The notes: a model not told the origin generated them from the letters alone. A stretch of DNA of 32,621 nt from Eledone cirrhosa (GCA_964016885.1 CAXHJY010001368.1:1-32621); one strand, 5' to 3'; counted from the stretch's first letter, positions 1-18,450 are shown. Translations and numbers: made by a program.

Positions 1-55
1 GCTAATAAACATTTGTCGTACTGCCTCTCTGTTCTGTCCCTGTTCAATTTTTTAT

Positions 56-2161
<2,106 letters not shown>

Positions 2162-2422
2162 TAGGAGGTGAGTTTTATTGTAGTACAATAAAGCAATGCA
2201 GATATCGGATAAGAAGCACTCTACAGTTTGTGGGACTGGAGTATGCATAATATAAGATCAAAAGATGGTTAAAGGAGTTCAATATATTTTATTATGCGCA
2301 TTTCAAAAACAAACATCATCAAACAATAATATTTGTGTTTTCATCAGATAAAACAGGAGAACATGATATGAAGGCTAAAAAAACACTTGTTGATAGTGCA
2401 GTTTTAAATCAACATATCATGT
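2162..2422 (-). mobile_element. Short non-coding island with a hammerhead ribozyme; probable solo Penelope-like terminal repeat or retrozyme-like element
   Basis: Unique ~260 bp flanked by (TA)n on both sides. It contains a hammerhead and AATAAA on the minus strand, and a 10-bp inverted repeat at 2361-2370/2413-2422. Confidence 0.7.
2287..2353 (-). ncRNA. Minimal type I hammerhead ribozyme
   Basis: Minus strand reads UUUUAU-CUGAUGA-[long stem II AAACACAAAUAUUAUU/GUUU/GAUGAUGUUUGUUUUU]-GAAA-UGCGCA-UA^AUAAAA. Stem I is 6 bp and perfect. Stem III is the palindrome AUGCGCAU. The cleavage triplet is AUA, with the predicted cut between 2293 and 2292. Confidence 0.85.
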
Positions 2423-3902
<1,480 letters not shown>

Positions 3903-4219
3903 TGACTCCAGTTCCCCAGTGAATTAACAACCCAACAAGGAACTGGGCATATCAGAGTATTGACAACATCATACACCTAAACAACATATGTACTTGTCTA
4001 TACCATACTAATTCAAACTGCCTGAAGAGGTCACAGCCAAAGATGGCTGTCACTGAAATATATATAGCAGTAATAAACGAAGCTAAATTTTAATTATTTG
4101 ACTTTTATTTAACTTTATTTTACACTACTCCGGAGTAACCAAACCAACCTGCGCACTTCGTCGAGTGCTCCAGCCTGCATACTGAGGTGTTGGTATACAA
4201 CCAACATAAACTCAAAATC
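3903..4219 (+). mobile_element. Second short island with a hammerhead ribozyme; probable solo Penelope-like terminal repeat or retrozyme-like element
   Basis: Unique ~317 bp flanked by (TA)n. It has a 5' stem CCAGTTCC/GGAACTGG (3908-3915/3939-3946), a hammerhead, and AATAAA at 4072-4077. Confidence 0.7.
4017..4071 (+). ncRNA. Minimal type I hammerhead ribozyme
   Basis: ACUGC-CUGAAGA-[GGUCACAGCCA/AAGA/UGGCUGUCACU, one C-C mismatch]-GAAA-UAUAUA-UA^GCAGU. Stem I is 5 bp and perfect. Stem III is the palindrome AUAUAUAU. Predicted cut after 4066. Confidence 0.88.
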
Positions 4220-4287
4220 TATATATATATATATGTATATATATGTATATATATGTATATATATATATGTATATATATATATGTATA

Positions 4288-4330
<43 letters not shown>

Positions 4331-4335
4331 ATATG

Positions 4336-4425
<90 letters not shown>

Positions 4426-4431
4426 TATGTG

Positions 4432-4494
<63 letters not shown>

Positions 4495-4507
4495 GTATAT
4501 ATATATG

Positions 4508-4540
<33 letters not shown>

Positions 4541-4605
4541 GTATATATATATATGTATATATATATATATGTATATATATATGTATATATATATATATGT
4601 ATATG

Positions 4606-4636
<31 letters not shown>

Positions 4637-4852
4637 GTATATGTATATATGTATATGTATATATGTATATGTATATGTATATATGTATATTATATATATG
4701 TATATATATATATGTATATATATATATGTATATATATATATATGTATATATGTATATGTATATATGTATATATATATATGTATATGTATATATGTATATG
4801 TAAATATGTATATATATATATGTATATATGTATATGTATATATGTATATATG

Positions 4853-4939
<87 letters not shown>

Positions 4940-5070
4940 GTATATATATGTATATATATGTATATGTATATATATGTATATGTATATATATGTATATATA
5001 TGTATATGTATATATATGTATATATATATATATGTATATATATGTATATATATATATATGTATATATATG

Positions 5071-5101
<31 letters not shown>

Positions 5102-5371
5102 GTATATATATGTATATATATGTATATGTATATATATGTATATGTATATATATGTATATATATGTATATGTATATATATGTATATATATATATATGTATA
5201 TATATGTATATATATATATATGTATATATATATATGTATATATATATGTATATATATATATGTATATATGTATATATATATATATGTATATATATATGTA
5301 TATATATATATATGTATATATATATGTATATATATTTATGTATATATATGTATGTATATATATGTATATAT

Positions 5372-5425
<54 letters not shown>

Positions 5426-5448
5426 GTATATATATATATATATATGTG

Positions 5449-5497
<49 letters not shown>

Positions 5498-5498
5498 G

Positions 5499-5549
<51 letters not shown>

Positions 5550-5554
5550 GTATG

Positions 5555-5587
<33 letters not shown>

Positions 5588-5735
5588 GTATATATGTATA
5601 TATATATATGTATATATGTATATATATATATATGTATGTATATATGTATATATATATATATATGTATGTATATATATATATGTATATATATATAGTATGT
5701 ATATATATATATATGTATATATGTATGTATGTATG

Positions 5736-5766
<31 letters not shown>

Positions 5767-5787
5767 GTATATATATATGTATGTATG

Positions 5788-5818
<31 letters not shown>

Positions 5819-5839
5819 GTATATATATATGTATGTATG

Positions 5840-5886
<47 letters not shown>

Positions 5887-5895
5887 GTATGTATG

Positions 5896-5942
<47 letters not shown>

Positions 5943-5959
5943 GTATATATATATGTATG

Positions 5960-5991
<32 letters not shown>

Positions 5992-5997
5992 TGTATG

Positions 5998-6068
<71 letters not shown>

Positions 6069-6085
6069 ATATATATATATGTATG

Positions 6086-6117
<32 letters not shown>

Positions 6118-6247
6118 TGTATGTATGTATATATATATATATGTATATATGTATGTATGTATGTATATATATATATGTATATATATATATATGTATATAT
6201 GTATGTATGTATGTATATATATATATGTATATATATATATATGTATG

Positions 6248-6278
<31 letters not shown>

Positions 6279-6301
6279 GTATGTATATATATATATGTAT
6301 G

Positions 6302-6350
<49 letters not shown>
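4220..6350. repeat. Interrupted (TA)n/(TATG)n microsatellite
   Basis: Read directly. Confidence 0.98.
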
Positions 6351-6351
<1 letters not shown>

Positions 6352-6909
6352 ACAAAGTGCAGGGCAATAAAGATAGACGGTAGTCATGGAATAGGCAGAC
6401 CTAGAAAAACCTGGGACGAGCTGATAAACTCCGACATCACACACTTACACCTCTCCAAGACAATGTCACTGGACCGAGACCTTTGGCGGTACTCAGTAAC
6501 AGAGAAGACCCGCCTTACCTAAATATATTGTAAAACCTACTCCAGCCAGTAGGCATCTCTAACAAAATACACCCCGTCCCACCACCACCACCCCCACCCC
6601 ATCCACACCACCCCGTTCTATGTAAAGTTATGTTGGTGCCGCGCCATCGAGGCCGAAACAAATGAGATCGTGTAGGTGTCACGACAAAAAAACACACAGT
6701 CCACGCTGTAATGTGGCCGTGTAGGCAACACGGTAAAAACCTCCCAGACCCACACTGTAAATGTGGTTGGTGTTAGGAAGGGCATCCAACTGTAGAAAAT
6801 CTGCCAGACAGTCCTATGCGAGCAAGACAATCACTCTTGCCTCAAGTGGGACTACCCCCGTCTAAACCCATGCAAGCGTGGAACACGGACGTTGATGATG
6901 ATGATGATG
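6351..6909 (+). mobile_element. RTE-clade LINE, 3' end only (last ~57 codons, 3' UTR, (GAT)n tail)
   Basis: Translates [25 protein letters not shown]...KTRLT*, identical to the C-terminus of the 7678-9339 ORF. Ends in GATGATGAT. Confidence 0.95.
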
Positions 6910-7286
<377 letters not shown>

Positions 7287-9400
7287 TCATCATCATCATC
7301 ATCATCAGCGTTTAACGTCCGTGTTCCACGCTTGCATGGGTTTGGACGGGGGGTAGTCCCACTTGAGGCAAGAGTGATTGTCTTGCTCGCATAGGACTGT
7401 CTGGCAGGTTTTCTACAGTTGGATGCCCTTCCTAACACCAACCACATTTACAGTGTGGGTCTGGGAGGTTTTTACCGTGTTGCCTACACGGCCACATTAC
7501 AGCGTGGACTGTGTGTTTTTTGTCGTGACACCTACACGATCTCATTTGTTTCGGCCTCGATGGCGCGGCACCAACATAACTTTACATAGAACGGGGTGGT
7601 GTGGATCGGGTGGGGGTGGTGGGACGGGGTGTATTTGTTAGAGATGCCTACTGGCTGGAGTAGGTTTTACTATATATTTAGGTAAGGCGGGTCTTCTCTG
7701 TTACTGAGTACCGCCAAAGGTCTCGGTCCAGTGACATTGTCTTGGAGAGGTGTAAGTGTGTGATGTCGGAGTTTATCAGCTCGTCCCAGGTTTTTCTAGG
7801 TCTGCCTATTCCGTGACTACCGTCTATCTTTATTGCCCTGCACTTTGTTATACAGCTGTCGACTTTCATGCGCATCACGTGTCCATACCAACGTAGCCTT
7901 CTCTCGAGTAAACAACATCTGATCCCTCTTATCTCTAATTTATTCCTTAGTTCGTTTATGCTTTGCCGTTCACGTATATTACTGTTACACATCCAGCGGA
8001 GCATGCAAGCTTCGTTCCTCTCTAGTCTGCGTATATCCTCTGCACACAATGCCCAGGTCTCACTGCCATGCAGCATTGCTGTTCGTATGCAGGCATCGTA
8101 CAACCTGCCTTTCATTTTTAGTGAGAACCCTTTAGCAGCTAATAGTGGTATAAGCTCTCTGAACTTTTTCCAACCAGTTCTGACTCTAGCTACAGTACTT
8201 TCAGAGCACCCTCCCCCACTGCTGATTTTATCGCCCAGGTAACGGAAGCTGTCCACTATTTCTATAGAACCCTCTGCGCAATTGAAAGAGCTAGTAGTTT
8301 GTGGGCACTTGCTGCTACTTATTGCACCAGAGCACCGGCCACATGTAAAATCTATGTTCTTAGTTAGCCTACCTGTGATCCCACTACATCTTTTATGCAC
8401 CCATACTTTGCATTTAGGACATAAAATGGAGTTTCTACCTACGCCTTTCCTACACACCGAGCACGACCATTTCCCAGAAGGGACCGCCGCCTTGTTTTCT
8501 TTCCTACAAACTAGTACTTTGGTCTTAGCCAGGTTAATTTTAAGTCCTTTTGACTCTAGGCCGTGCTTCCATGTTTGGAATTTCTTCTCTAGCTCGGCCA
8601 TTGATTCCGCTATGAGTGTCAGGTCGTCTGCGTATAGGAGTTCCCATGGGCAGCCTGTCTTGAACTCCTCTGTTATGGCCTGAAGGGCAATAATAAATAG
8701 TAGTGGACTGAGAACAGAGCCCTGATGGACGCCGACTTTTACGCTAAACTCTTCACTATATTCGTTGTTAATTCTAACCTTGCTGACTGTTTCTTTATAC
8801 ATGGCTTGTATAGCCCTCACAAGCCATTCGTCAACGCCTAGTTTTCTAAGAGCCCACCAGATAATGGAGCGGGGGACTCTGTCGAAGGCTTTCTCCAAGT
8901 CGACAAAAGCTAAGTAGAGGGGTTTACCTTTAGCTAGGTACTTCTCTTGTAGTTGTCGTACTATGAAAAGAGCGTCTGTGGTACTTTTGCCTGACACAAA
9001 CCCGAACTGCATTTCATCTAGGTCAATTCTCTCTCTGATTAGCTGCGCTATTACTCTTTCCGTGACCTTCATGACCTGGTCGATTAATTTAATGCCTCTA
9101 TAGTTACTCCTATCTAGGGCGTCTCCTTTACCCTTATAACAGTTAACGATGATGCTGCTATGCCAGTCCTTCGGAACAACCCCGTTTTGTACGACTTGGT
9201 TAACTATGCGGGTGACCATGGTGTGTCCCACCGTGCCAGATGCCTTCAGCATCTCAGCAACTATTTCCGAAGGCCCAGCCGCCTTACCAGTCTTCATATC
9301 CTTGATTGCCTTACTTATTTTACTCCCCTCGACTAACACTGCTGGTCCCTCTATTGGGTCGATATGGGGGAGACTGCCTTTCTCCCAATTATTCTCCTCA
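7287..9400 (-). mobile_element. RTE-clade non-LTR retrotransposon, 5'-truncated (~2.1 kb)
   Basis: RT ORF, ~370-nt 3' UTR and (GAT)n tail. No endonuclease domain is present. Both ends abut (TA)n. Confidence 0.95.
7678..9399 (-). CDS. RTE reverse transcriptase, C-terminal part of the ORF (no native start), with an internal PHD finger
   Basis: Motifs [62 protein letters not shown] and GRPRKTW. The frame stays open upstream of the listed GTG to ~9399 (EENNWEKG...). Confidence 0.93.
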   Translation of the reverse strand, partial: EENNWEKGSLPHIDPIEGPAVLVEGSKISKAIKDMKTGKAAGPSEIVAEMLKASGTVGHTMVTRIVNQVVQNGVVPKDWHSSIIVNCYKGKGDALDRSNYRGIKLIDQVMKVTERVIAQLIRERIDLDEMQFGFVSGKSTTDALFIVRQLQEKYLAKGKPLYLAFVDLEKAFDRVPRSIIWWALRKLGVDEWLVRAIQAMYKETVSKVRINNEYSEEFSVKVGVHQGSVLSPLLFIIALQAITEEFKTGCPWELLYADDLTLIAESMAELEKKFQTWKHGLESKGLKINLAKTKVLVCRKENKAAVPSGKWSCSVCRKGVGRNSILCPKCKVWVHKRCSGITGRLTKNIDFTCGRCSGAISSSKCPQTTSSFNCAEGSIEIVDSFRYLGDKISSGGGCSESTVARVRTGWKKFRELIPLLAAKGFSLKMKGRLYDACIRTAMLHGSETWALCAEDIRRLERNEACMLRWMCNSNIRERQSINELRNKLEIRGIRCCLLERRLRWYGHVMRMKVDSCITKCRAIKIDGSHGIGRPRKTWDELINSDITHLHLSKTMSLDRDLWRYSVTEKTRLT

Positions 9401-11756
<2,356 letters not shown>

Positions 11757-12786
11757 CATCATCTATATTAATGACATCACTGACATCATCAAACACAGCA
11801 ACATTAAAATTTTCGCTGATGATTCCAAGCTCCAAAGGTCATCAATGGCGTGGATGACCGGATAAGCCTTCAGTCAGACCTACTGGCTGTTACCCAATGG
11901 GCAGAAAAGAACAACATGTTACTGAACGAAGATAAATTCGAACTGATCCACTTTGGAAAAGAGGATGCTCTGAAACTCCCGTACTCCCTTCCCTCCGGGG
12001 AAACTCTCGTGGCATCTAACAACATCAGAGACTTGGGAGTAACCGTGGACAGCAACATAAGCTGGACCACGCATATAAGCAGCAAAGTTGACATGGCCCG
12101 CAGAATGTGTTCCTGGATCCTCAGAACCTTCCAGTCGAGAGATTCCCGCACCATTATCCTTCTCTTCTCTACTTTCGCCCGACCACACCTTGAATACTGT
12201 TGTCCACTGTGGTCTCCCCACACGAAACAAAGTATCATGAAACTTGAAGCTCCTCAAAGGGCAATCACGAAAAAGATAGATGGCATGTCAGACCTTGACT
12301 ACTGGGGTCGATTGGAAAACCTGAAACTTTACTCACTCCAACGTCGCCGTGAGCGTTATATTATCTGCATGATGTGGAAAATGTTCCATCATCACTGCCC
12401 AAATGATGTTGGCATCGCCTTCAAGATACACCCAAGGCTTGGGCCCCGTGCTATCCGTCCCATTCAAAAATCTAAATCGCAACTCATAACAACAATACGG
12501 CACAATTATTTCACCTCAATCGGCCCTGCTCTCTTCAACATCACACCAGGACACGTCAAAACAGAAACTGACCACACAAAATTCAAGAAGTCTTTGGACA
12601 AATTCCTCCAAGTAATCCCGGACAAACCACCCACACCCGGATATGTCTCCGCAAACAGTAATTCTCTTCTCGAATGGGCCATGGTGCCCAAATCCTGAAT
12701 TGAAAGACTTCGCCAGGTGGTGCTATTAAGTTAGACATGGCCTGGGCCAATACTGGCCAAAACATTTCAAAGTTCAAAGTTAAGTT
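11757..12786 (+). mobile_element. CR1/L2-group LINE, 5'-truncated within the RT, with a 1-bp frameshift near 11835
   Basis: IIYINDI...[10 protein letters not shown], then a shifted frame LQSDL...W...N.DKF, RDLGV, RPHLEYCCPLWSP, LYSLQRRRER. Stop at 12698, 3' stem-loop GGCCA-ATAC-TGGCC, short AAGTT-type tail. Confidence 0.9.
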
Positions 12787-12901
12787 ATATATATATATAT
12801 GTATGTATATGTATGTATATATATATGTATATATATATATATATATATGTATGTATATATATATGTATATATATATATATATATGTATGTATATATATAT
12901 G

Positions 12902-12934
<33 letters not shown>

Positions 12935-12999
12935 ATATATATGTATATATATATATATGTATATATGTATATGTATATATATGTATGTATATATATATG

Positions 13000-13032
<33 letters not shown>

Positions 13033-13033
13033 G

Positions 13034-13066
<33 letters not shown>

Positions 13067-13157
13067 GTATATATATATGTATATATATATATATGTATGT
13101 ATATATATATGTATATATGTATGTATGTATATATATGTATGTATGTATATATATATG

Positions 13158-13204
<47 letters not shown>

Positions 13205-13224
13205 GTATGTATATATATATGTAT

Positions 13225-13258
<34 letters not shown>

Positions 13259-13493
13259 GTATGTATATGTATATATATGTATATATATATATGTATATAT
13301 ATATATATGTATGTATATGTATGTATATATATGTATATGTATATATATGTATGTATATATATGTATATATATATATATGTATGTATATATATGTATATAT
13401 ATGTATATGTATGTATATATATGTATATATATATATATGTATATATATATATGTATATATATGTATGTATATATATGTATATATATATATATG

Positions 13494-13524
<31 letters not shown>

Positions 13525-13535
13525 GTATATATATA
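12787..13535. repeat. Interrupted (TA)n/(TATG)n microsatellite
   Basis: Read directly. Confidence 0.98.
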
Positions 13536-14377
13536 CAGTATTTTCCGTTGTGTTGTAATATAAATATTACACACAGTAGATTATCAGCTCACGTAGAGTT
13601 TGCTCGACGGTTCCAGTTGTAGTTCCAAAAGTAATCCGGAGAAAAATATAAAGATTTGAATGGATACAGTTTAGTTGAAAGGAATTTATTGACACGTGTT
13701 TCTATAACAATTACATAACCTAAAACAGCTGCTATCTACAAACTTTTAGTTATGCAGACATTCAATATTTCAATGTTATTATTTACTGTCATTTCATCAG
13801 AATAATATTACTGAGGACCTATTTAGTTTTTATAGAGAATATTAGGAGGCAGGGGTGAAGTTGTTAGAAGAATAGTTGAAGGAGTGGTTTTTCCATAGCA
13901 GTGAGAATTCTTGGTGGCAGTGAGTAATTAGATTCCCATCTGTTGTTTTGACATTTTTTATAGAATATATTATTGGTTATTTTTCTAAATCTATAGAAGG
14001 ATTAGAGATAGTAAAGATATGCGTGGTTGGTTTTGTGTTTGCACTTAATTAACATTCAGACTTAAATTTTTCTTTCAAGTGTACGTATCCTTTCACCCAC
14101 GCATTCAGACACAAATATATTTGCACACCTCTACAAGCCGAATATTACATAAAAGAGGGACATCCCCCAACTATATAAACCTTAATCTAGTTAGAAAAAT
14201 ATAAAAACAATCTTAACTTCATAAGGCATACTGTTGGTTGAGGGAATATTAATCAAAAACACCACATGCAAGTCTGCACAGTAGACACTACAGTTTTTAA
14301 GCCAAGAAAGAAACTTAACATTGTAACTTTAACACAGCTACTGAGCGACCCCGAGCAACGCTGGGCTTTACTGCTAG
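13536..14377 (+). mobile_element. Non-autonomous Helitron (internally deleted)
   Basis: The 3' end CCCGAGC-AAC-GCTGGG-CTTTACTG-CTAG|T is a hairpin, an 8-nt spacer and CTRR followed by T. The body matches the reverse complement of 24093-24692 and 23760-23855. No 5' TC is visible because the 5' end merges into (TA)n. Confidence 0.8.
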
Positions 14378-14673
14378 TCCTTCTATAGATTTAGAAAAAT
14401 AACCAATAATATATTCACTGCTATAGAAAAACCACTCCTTCAACTATTCTTCTAACAACTTCACCCCTCCTTCCTAATATTCTCTATAAAAACTAAATAG
14501 GTCCTCAGTAATATTATTCTGATGAAATGACAGTAAATAATAACATTGAAATATTGAATGTCTGCATAACTAAAAGTTTGTAGATAGCAGCTGTTTTAGG
14601 TTATGTAACTGTTATAGAAACACGTGTCAATAAATTCCTTTCAACTAAACTGTATCCATTCAAATCTTTATAT
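14378..14673 (-). repeat. Inverted duplicate of the Helitron interior 13646-14001, lacking 13903-13962
   Basis: Manual reverse-complement alignment shows only about four substitutions plus one 60-bp deletion. Confidence 0.93.
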
Positions 14674-14850
14674 ATATGTATATGTATATATATATGTATG
14701 TATATGTATGTATGTATGTATATGTATGTATGTATGTATATATATATGTATGTATATATATATATATATGTATGTATATGTATGTATGTATATATATATA
14801 TATGTATGTATATATATATATATGTATGTATGTATATGTATGTATGTATG

Positions 14851-14907
<57 letters not shown>

Positions 14908-15041
14908 GTATATATATATATGTATGTATATATATATATGTATGTATATATATATATATGTATGTATATATATATATATGTATGTATATATATATATATA
15001 TGTATGTATATATATATATATGTATATATATATATGTATGT

Positions 15042-15082
<41 letters not shown>

Positions 15083-15348
15083 TATGTATGTATATATATA
15101 TATGTATGTATATATATATATGTATGTATATATATATATGTATGTATATATATATATGTATGTATATATGTATGTATATATGTATGTATATATATATATA
15201 TATGTATGTATATATATATATGTATGTATATGTATATATATATATGTATGTATATGTATATATATATATGTATGTATATATATATATGTATGTATATGTA
15301 TGTATGTATATGTATATATGTATATATGGATGTATATATATATGTATA
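14674..15348. repeat. (TATG)n/(TA)n microsatellite
   Basis: Read directly. Confidence 0.97.
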
Positions 15349-15719
15349 TTGGAAAATGTGTGTAATCCTTGGTACAGTTAGGTATATTAAGACAGGGAGG
15401 AAGAAAAAAATGGCTTCACTTGTGCTTTCAACAAATTTATTTTCTTCACAAAATCCAAAAAGAATTTTTTTCCGGATTATAAAAAATTTTTTTTTTTTTA
15501 AATTTTATAAATTGAGTCATGGATGTATATATATGTATATCTTTCATTTATATATATGTATAAATGTATGTATACATGTATATATATATATGTATTTATG
15601 TTCAACTGCATAATATTACAATTACAATTATTCGGGGGGGGGGGGGGGGTCTCTCCCCTTTCTCCTTCTAAAGACTTTAGATGCTGCTATATACTGTCTG
15701 CTTAGTCATATTGTCATAG

Positions 15720-16282
15720 ATATGATGGTGATGGTGGTAGTTATGGTGGTGGTGACAATAGAATTGTGTGATGATGGTGGAGGTGATGAAGATAATCGAT
15801 TTGTGTGATGATGGTGGTGGTAATTATAGAATGGTCATGATGATGATGGTGGTTGTGGTAATAGAATGGTGTGGAGTAGTTTTTTTTTGTCAATGGTGGT
15901 GGTGTGACGGTATGATTTGATGGTGATGACAGTGGTGTAGGTGTGGCTTCATGTAATGATAGTGGAGGTGGTGCAGATGGCATAGTGTAATTCTAATAGA
16001 TTGTATAGTGTGGTGATGGTGGTGGTGGGGCTGTATGGTGTGGTGATGTTGGTGGTGGAGCTATATGGTGTAGTGATATTGGTGGTGGTGGGGTTATATG
16101 GTGTGGTGATGGTGGTGGTGGTGGAGCTATATGGTGTGGTGGTGGGGCTATATTGTATGGTGATAATGGTGGTGGTGGTGGTGGGGCTATATGGTGTGGT
16201 GATGATGGTGGTGGTGGTGGTGGGGCTATGTGGTGATGATGATGGTGGTGGGGCTGTATGGTGTGGTGATGTGGAGTGATGT
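15720..16282. repeat. Degenerate (GGT/GAT)n repeat with a higher-order unit (GGGCTATATGGTGTGGTGATGGTGGTGGTG-like)
   Basis: Read directly. Confidence 0.9.
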
Positions 16283-16594
16283 CATGGAATTTGAAAATGA
16301 ATAATAAATAGTTGAATGCTTGAAATTTTTCTCTTAGAATGTATTTAAAGTTGTGTGCATAAGTGTTTCTGGCTATATGCATGTGTGTGTGTGTGTGTAT
16401 ATGTATGTACGTGTTCACATTTATATTACAGACACACACACACACATAATTGTGTGTGTACATGTACCATTTCTCATTTTTGTCCCTGCTAGCAAGGATT
16501 CGATGGGTCATGAAAATGACAAAATTACTAACCCTCTAGGTGGGCCACAGGGGCCCGAGTCTTACTTACATACATTCCTGCTCTCTCTCTCTCT

Positions 16595-16672
16595 TAGATA
16601 TAAAAAGAAACAGCTCTATACAAGTGAGACACGGTTACCCAACCAATCTTACCTCAAGTGGGACAAACCCAC
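16595..16672 (+). mobile_element. Fragment resembling the RTE 3' UTR
   Basis: AACCAATCTTACCTCAAGTGGGA matches 31651-31673 AACCAATCTTGCCTCAAGTGGGA. Confidence 0.55.
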
Positions 16673-16689
16673 GATATATGATATATATA

Positions 16690-17170
16690 TATTACCCTGA
16701 GGACTTTCTGGCCATACATTCCTGCACATACTCACTGCACTTTCTTCATTCAGCAGTCTCTCAGAATATCACTTTTATGCCTCATTCTTTTTTAGCATCA
16801 GCGAGGGCATGTGCTTTGCTATCATTTTGGATACACTTTCCCCCAACCACATCACCATTTTCTTTAGCACACAGTCTCACAATCTGGAACATTTCCCACC
16901 TGTTATCTTCTTGATGTAAAACATGTGCAAACTTCTTTTCGGCTTCCTCCTCTCCATTGCTAAGTATACCTGTTGCTTAGCCTCTCTCTTTGTTTTTGTG
17001 GATCTATCTACCAATACCATTCCATTCTCATGTCAATTTGTCTTGTTGGGCCCTTGTTTCAGCCAGGCCTGGGCTGTTGCTTTCAGCAGGTTACCAGGTT
17101 GCCTCATGGAAATTCCCAATTTTCCTCTGTTGGATAGTTGAACTCATTCTTACTGTCATATGTGTCAAGT
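16690..17170 (-). pseudogene. Decayed RTE ORF fragment (endonuclease-RT linker)
   Basis: The minus strand gives KTKREAKQQVYLA / EEAEKKFAHVLHQEDNRWEMFQIVRLCAKENGDVVGGKCIQND with frameshifts and stops. It resembles the RTE linker (recall-based). Confidence 0.65.
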
Positions 17171-17227
17171 AAGATCTCTGTGTACACACATGCACGTATG
17201 TACCCCACCCCCACCCACCCCACACAC

Positions 17228-17413
17228 AACTGAGAAATTCATAGGCTGACCAAAATATTCTCATGGAATGACTATATGAGGTTAATTTTTCAACATACTC
17301 TCTGGAAAGAGAAACAATACAGTTATTAATAAGAAGAGTTGACATTAATGAGTACAAGATTTCACAGATCTAGCATCATTCCTTGATAGTCAGCCTATGA
17401 ACTTTTCAGCCCA
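17228..17413. mobile_element. Mariner-type MITE, copy 1
   Basis: TIRs CTGAGAAATTCATAGGCTGAC / GTCAGCCTATGAACTTTTCAG. Homologous to 28935-29126. Confidence 0.8.
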
Positions 17414-17599
17414 TCTGTGTGTGTGTATGTGATGTTTTTCTGGTTATTAACTCTTGATAGAGTTGTACAGGAGATTATTGCAGCATACAGTGTGTCTTGG
17501 GCATTTAAACATGACAAATTCGTCCGTGACTCTACAGACCTAAATTCAGAGAAAGATAGGAAGAGAGCATGAGAGAGAAACAGATTTAGAGATAGATGA

Positions 17600-17763
17600 A
17601 AAATCGAGCCCAGTATTGGACTGGGACTTCATTTATCAACCTCAAAAGGATGAAAGCTAAAATTTACTGTGACAGTATTAAATTCAGAACAACATAGAAA
17701 GCTAGAACGAATACTGTAAAACATTCTGTCCAGCATTCTAACAACTTTACCACTTTGCTGCTC
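17600..17763 (-). mobile_element. tRNA-derived SINE family A, decayed
   Basis: The reverse complement aligns with the copies at 25318, 26915 and 32455 (CTTTCATCCTTT..GGTTGATAAA..AAGT.CCAGT). Confidence 0.7.
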
Positions 17764-17949
17764 TATAAAATACTTAGCCACACCCACAGTGGATCAGGAA
17801 ATGTGGGGTAGGAAGGGGAGATAACCATTATACTGATCTGAATTATTTCTGGAATGACTGTTGCCATACATTTAATGACACTTCAGTCTATGTACTTTAC
17901 ATGTTGGTATTTTCTCTGGAACTGTGACTTATGCTTAGATAGGTTTCCG

Positions 17950-18368
17950 TCACCCCTTTCCCTTCTCTCACCTCACCCTTCCCTCTCTCACCTCATCCCC
18001 TCCCTCTCACTCACCCCATCCCATCCCTCTCTCACCTCATCCCCTCACTCTCTCTTACCCCACCCCTCCCACTTCATGCCTCTCACCCCCCACCCCTCTC
18101 TCACCTCACCCCTTCTCTCTCACCTCACCCTCCCTCTCTCACCTCATCCCCTCCCTCTCACTCACCTCATCCCCTCCCTCTCACTCACCTCATCCCCTCC
18201 CTCTCACTCACCTCATCCTCTTCCCCCCTCTCTGTTGAAATCTTGGGAGCTTTCTTAGATTCCAAAGTTAAACAAAAACAAACTTTTCATTAATCGGAAG
18301 TTTGTCACCCCCTCCCCTCCCCCTCTCTCACCTCACCATATCTCTCTCTCTCTCTATGGTTGTGTGTG

Positions 18369-18450
<82 letters not shown>
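17950..18450. repeat. Pyrimidine minisatellite (CTCACCTCATCCCCTCCCTCT-like), then pure (CT)n at 18374-18450
   Basis: Read directly. Confidence 0.9.

Noticed and set aside
7868-8683. ORFs antisense to the LINE RTs (also 11870-12777 and 29641-31087)
   Set aside because: They are shadow frames of the RT coding sequence.
14514-14562. Hammerhead-like CTGATGA-AATG...CATT-GAAA in the Helitron arms (also at 13760-13805 on the minus strand)
   Set aside because: No workable stem I and stem III, and the 24-kb copy has CCGATGA.
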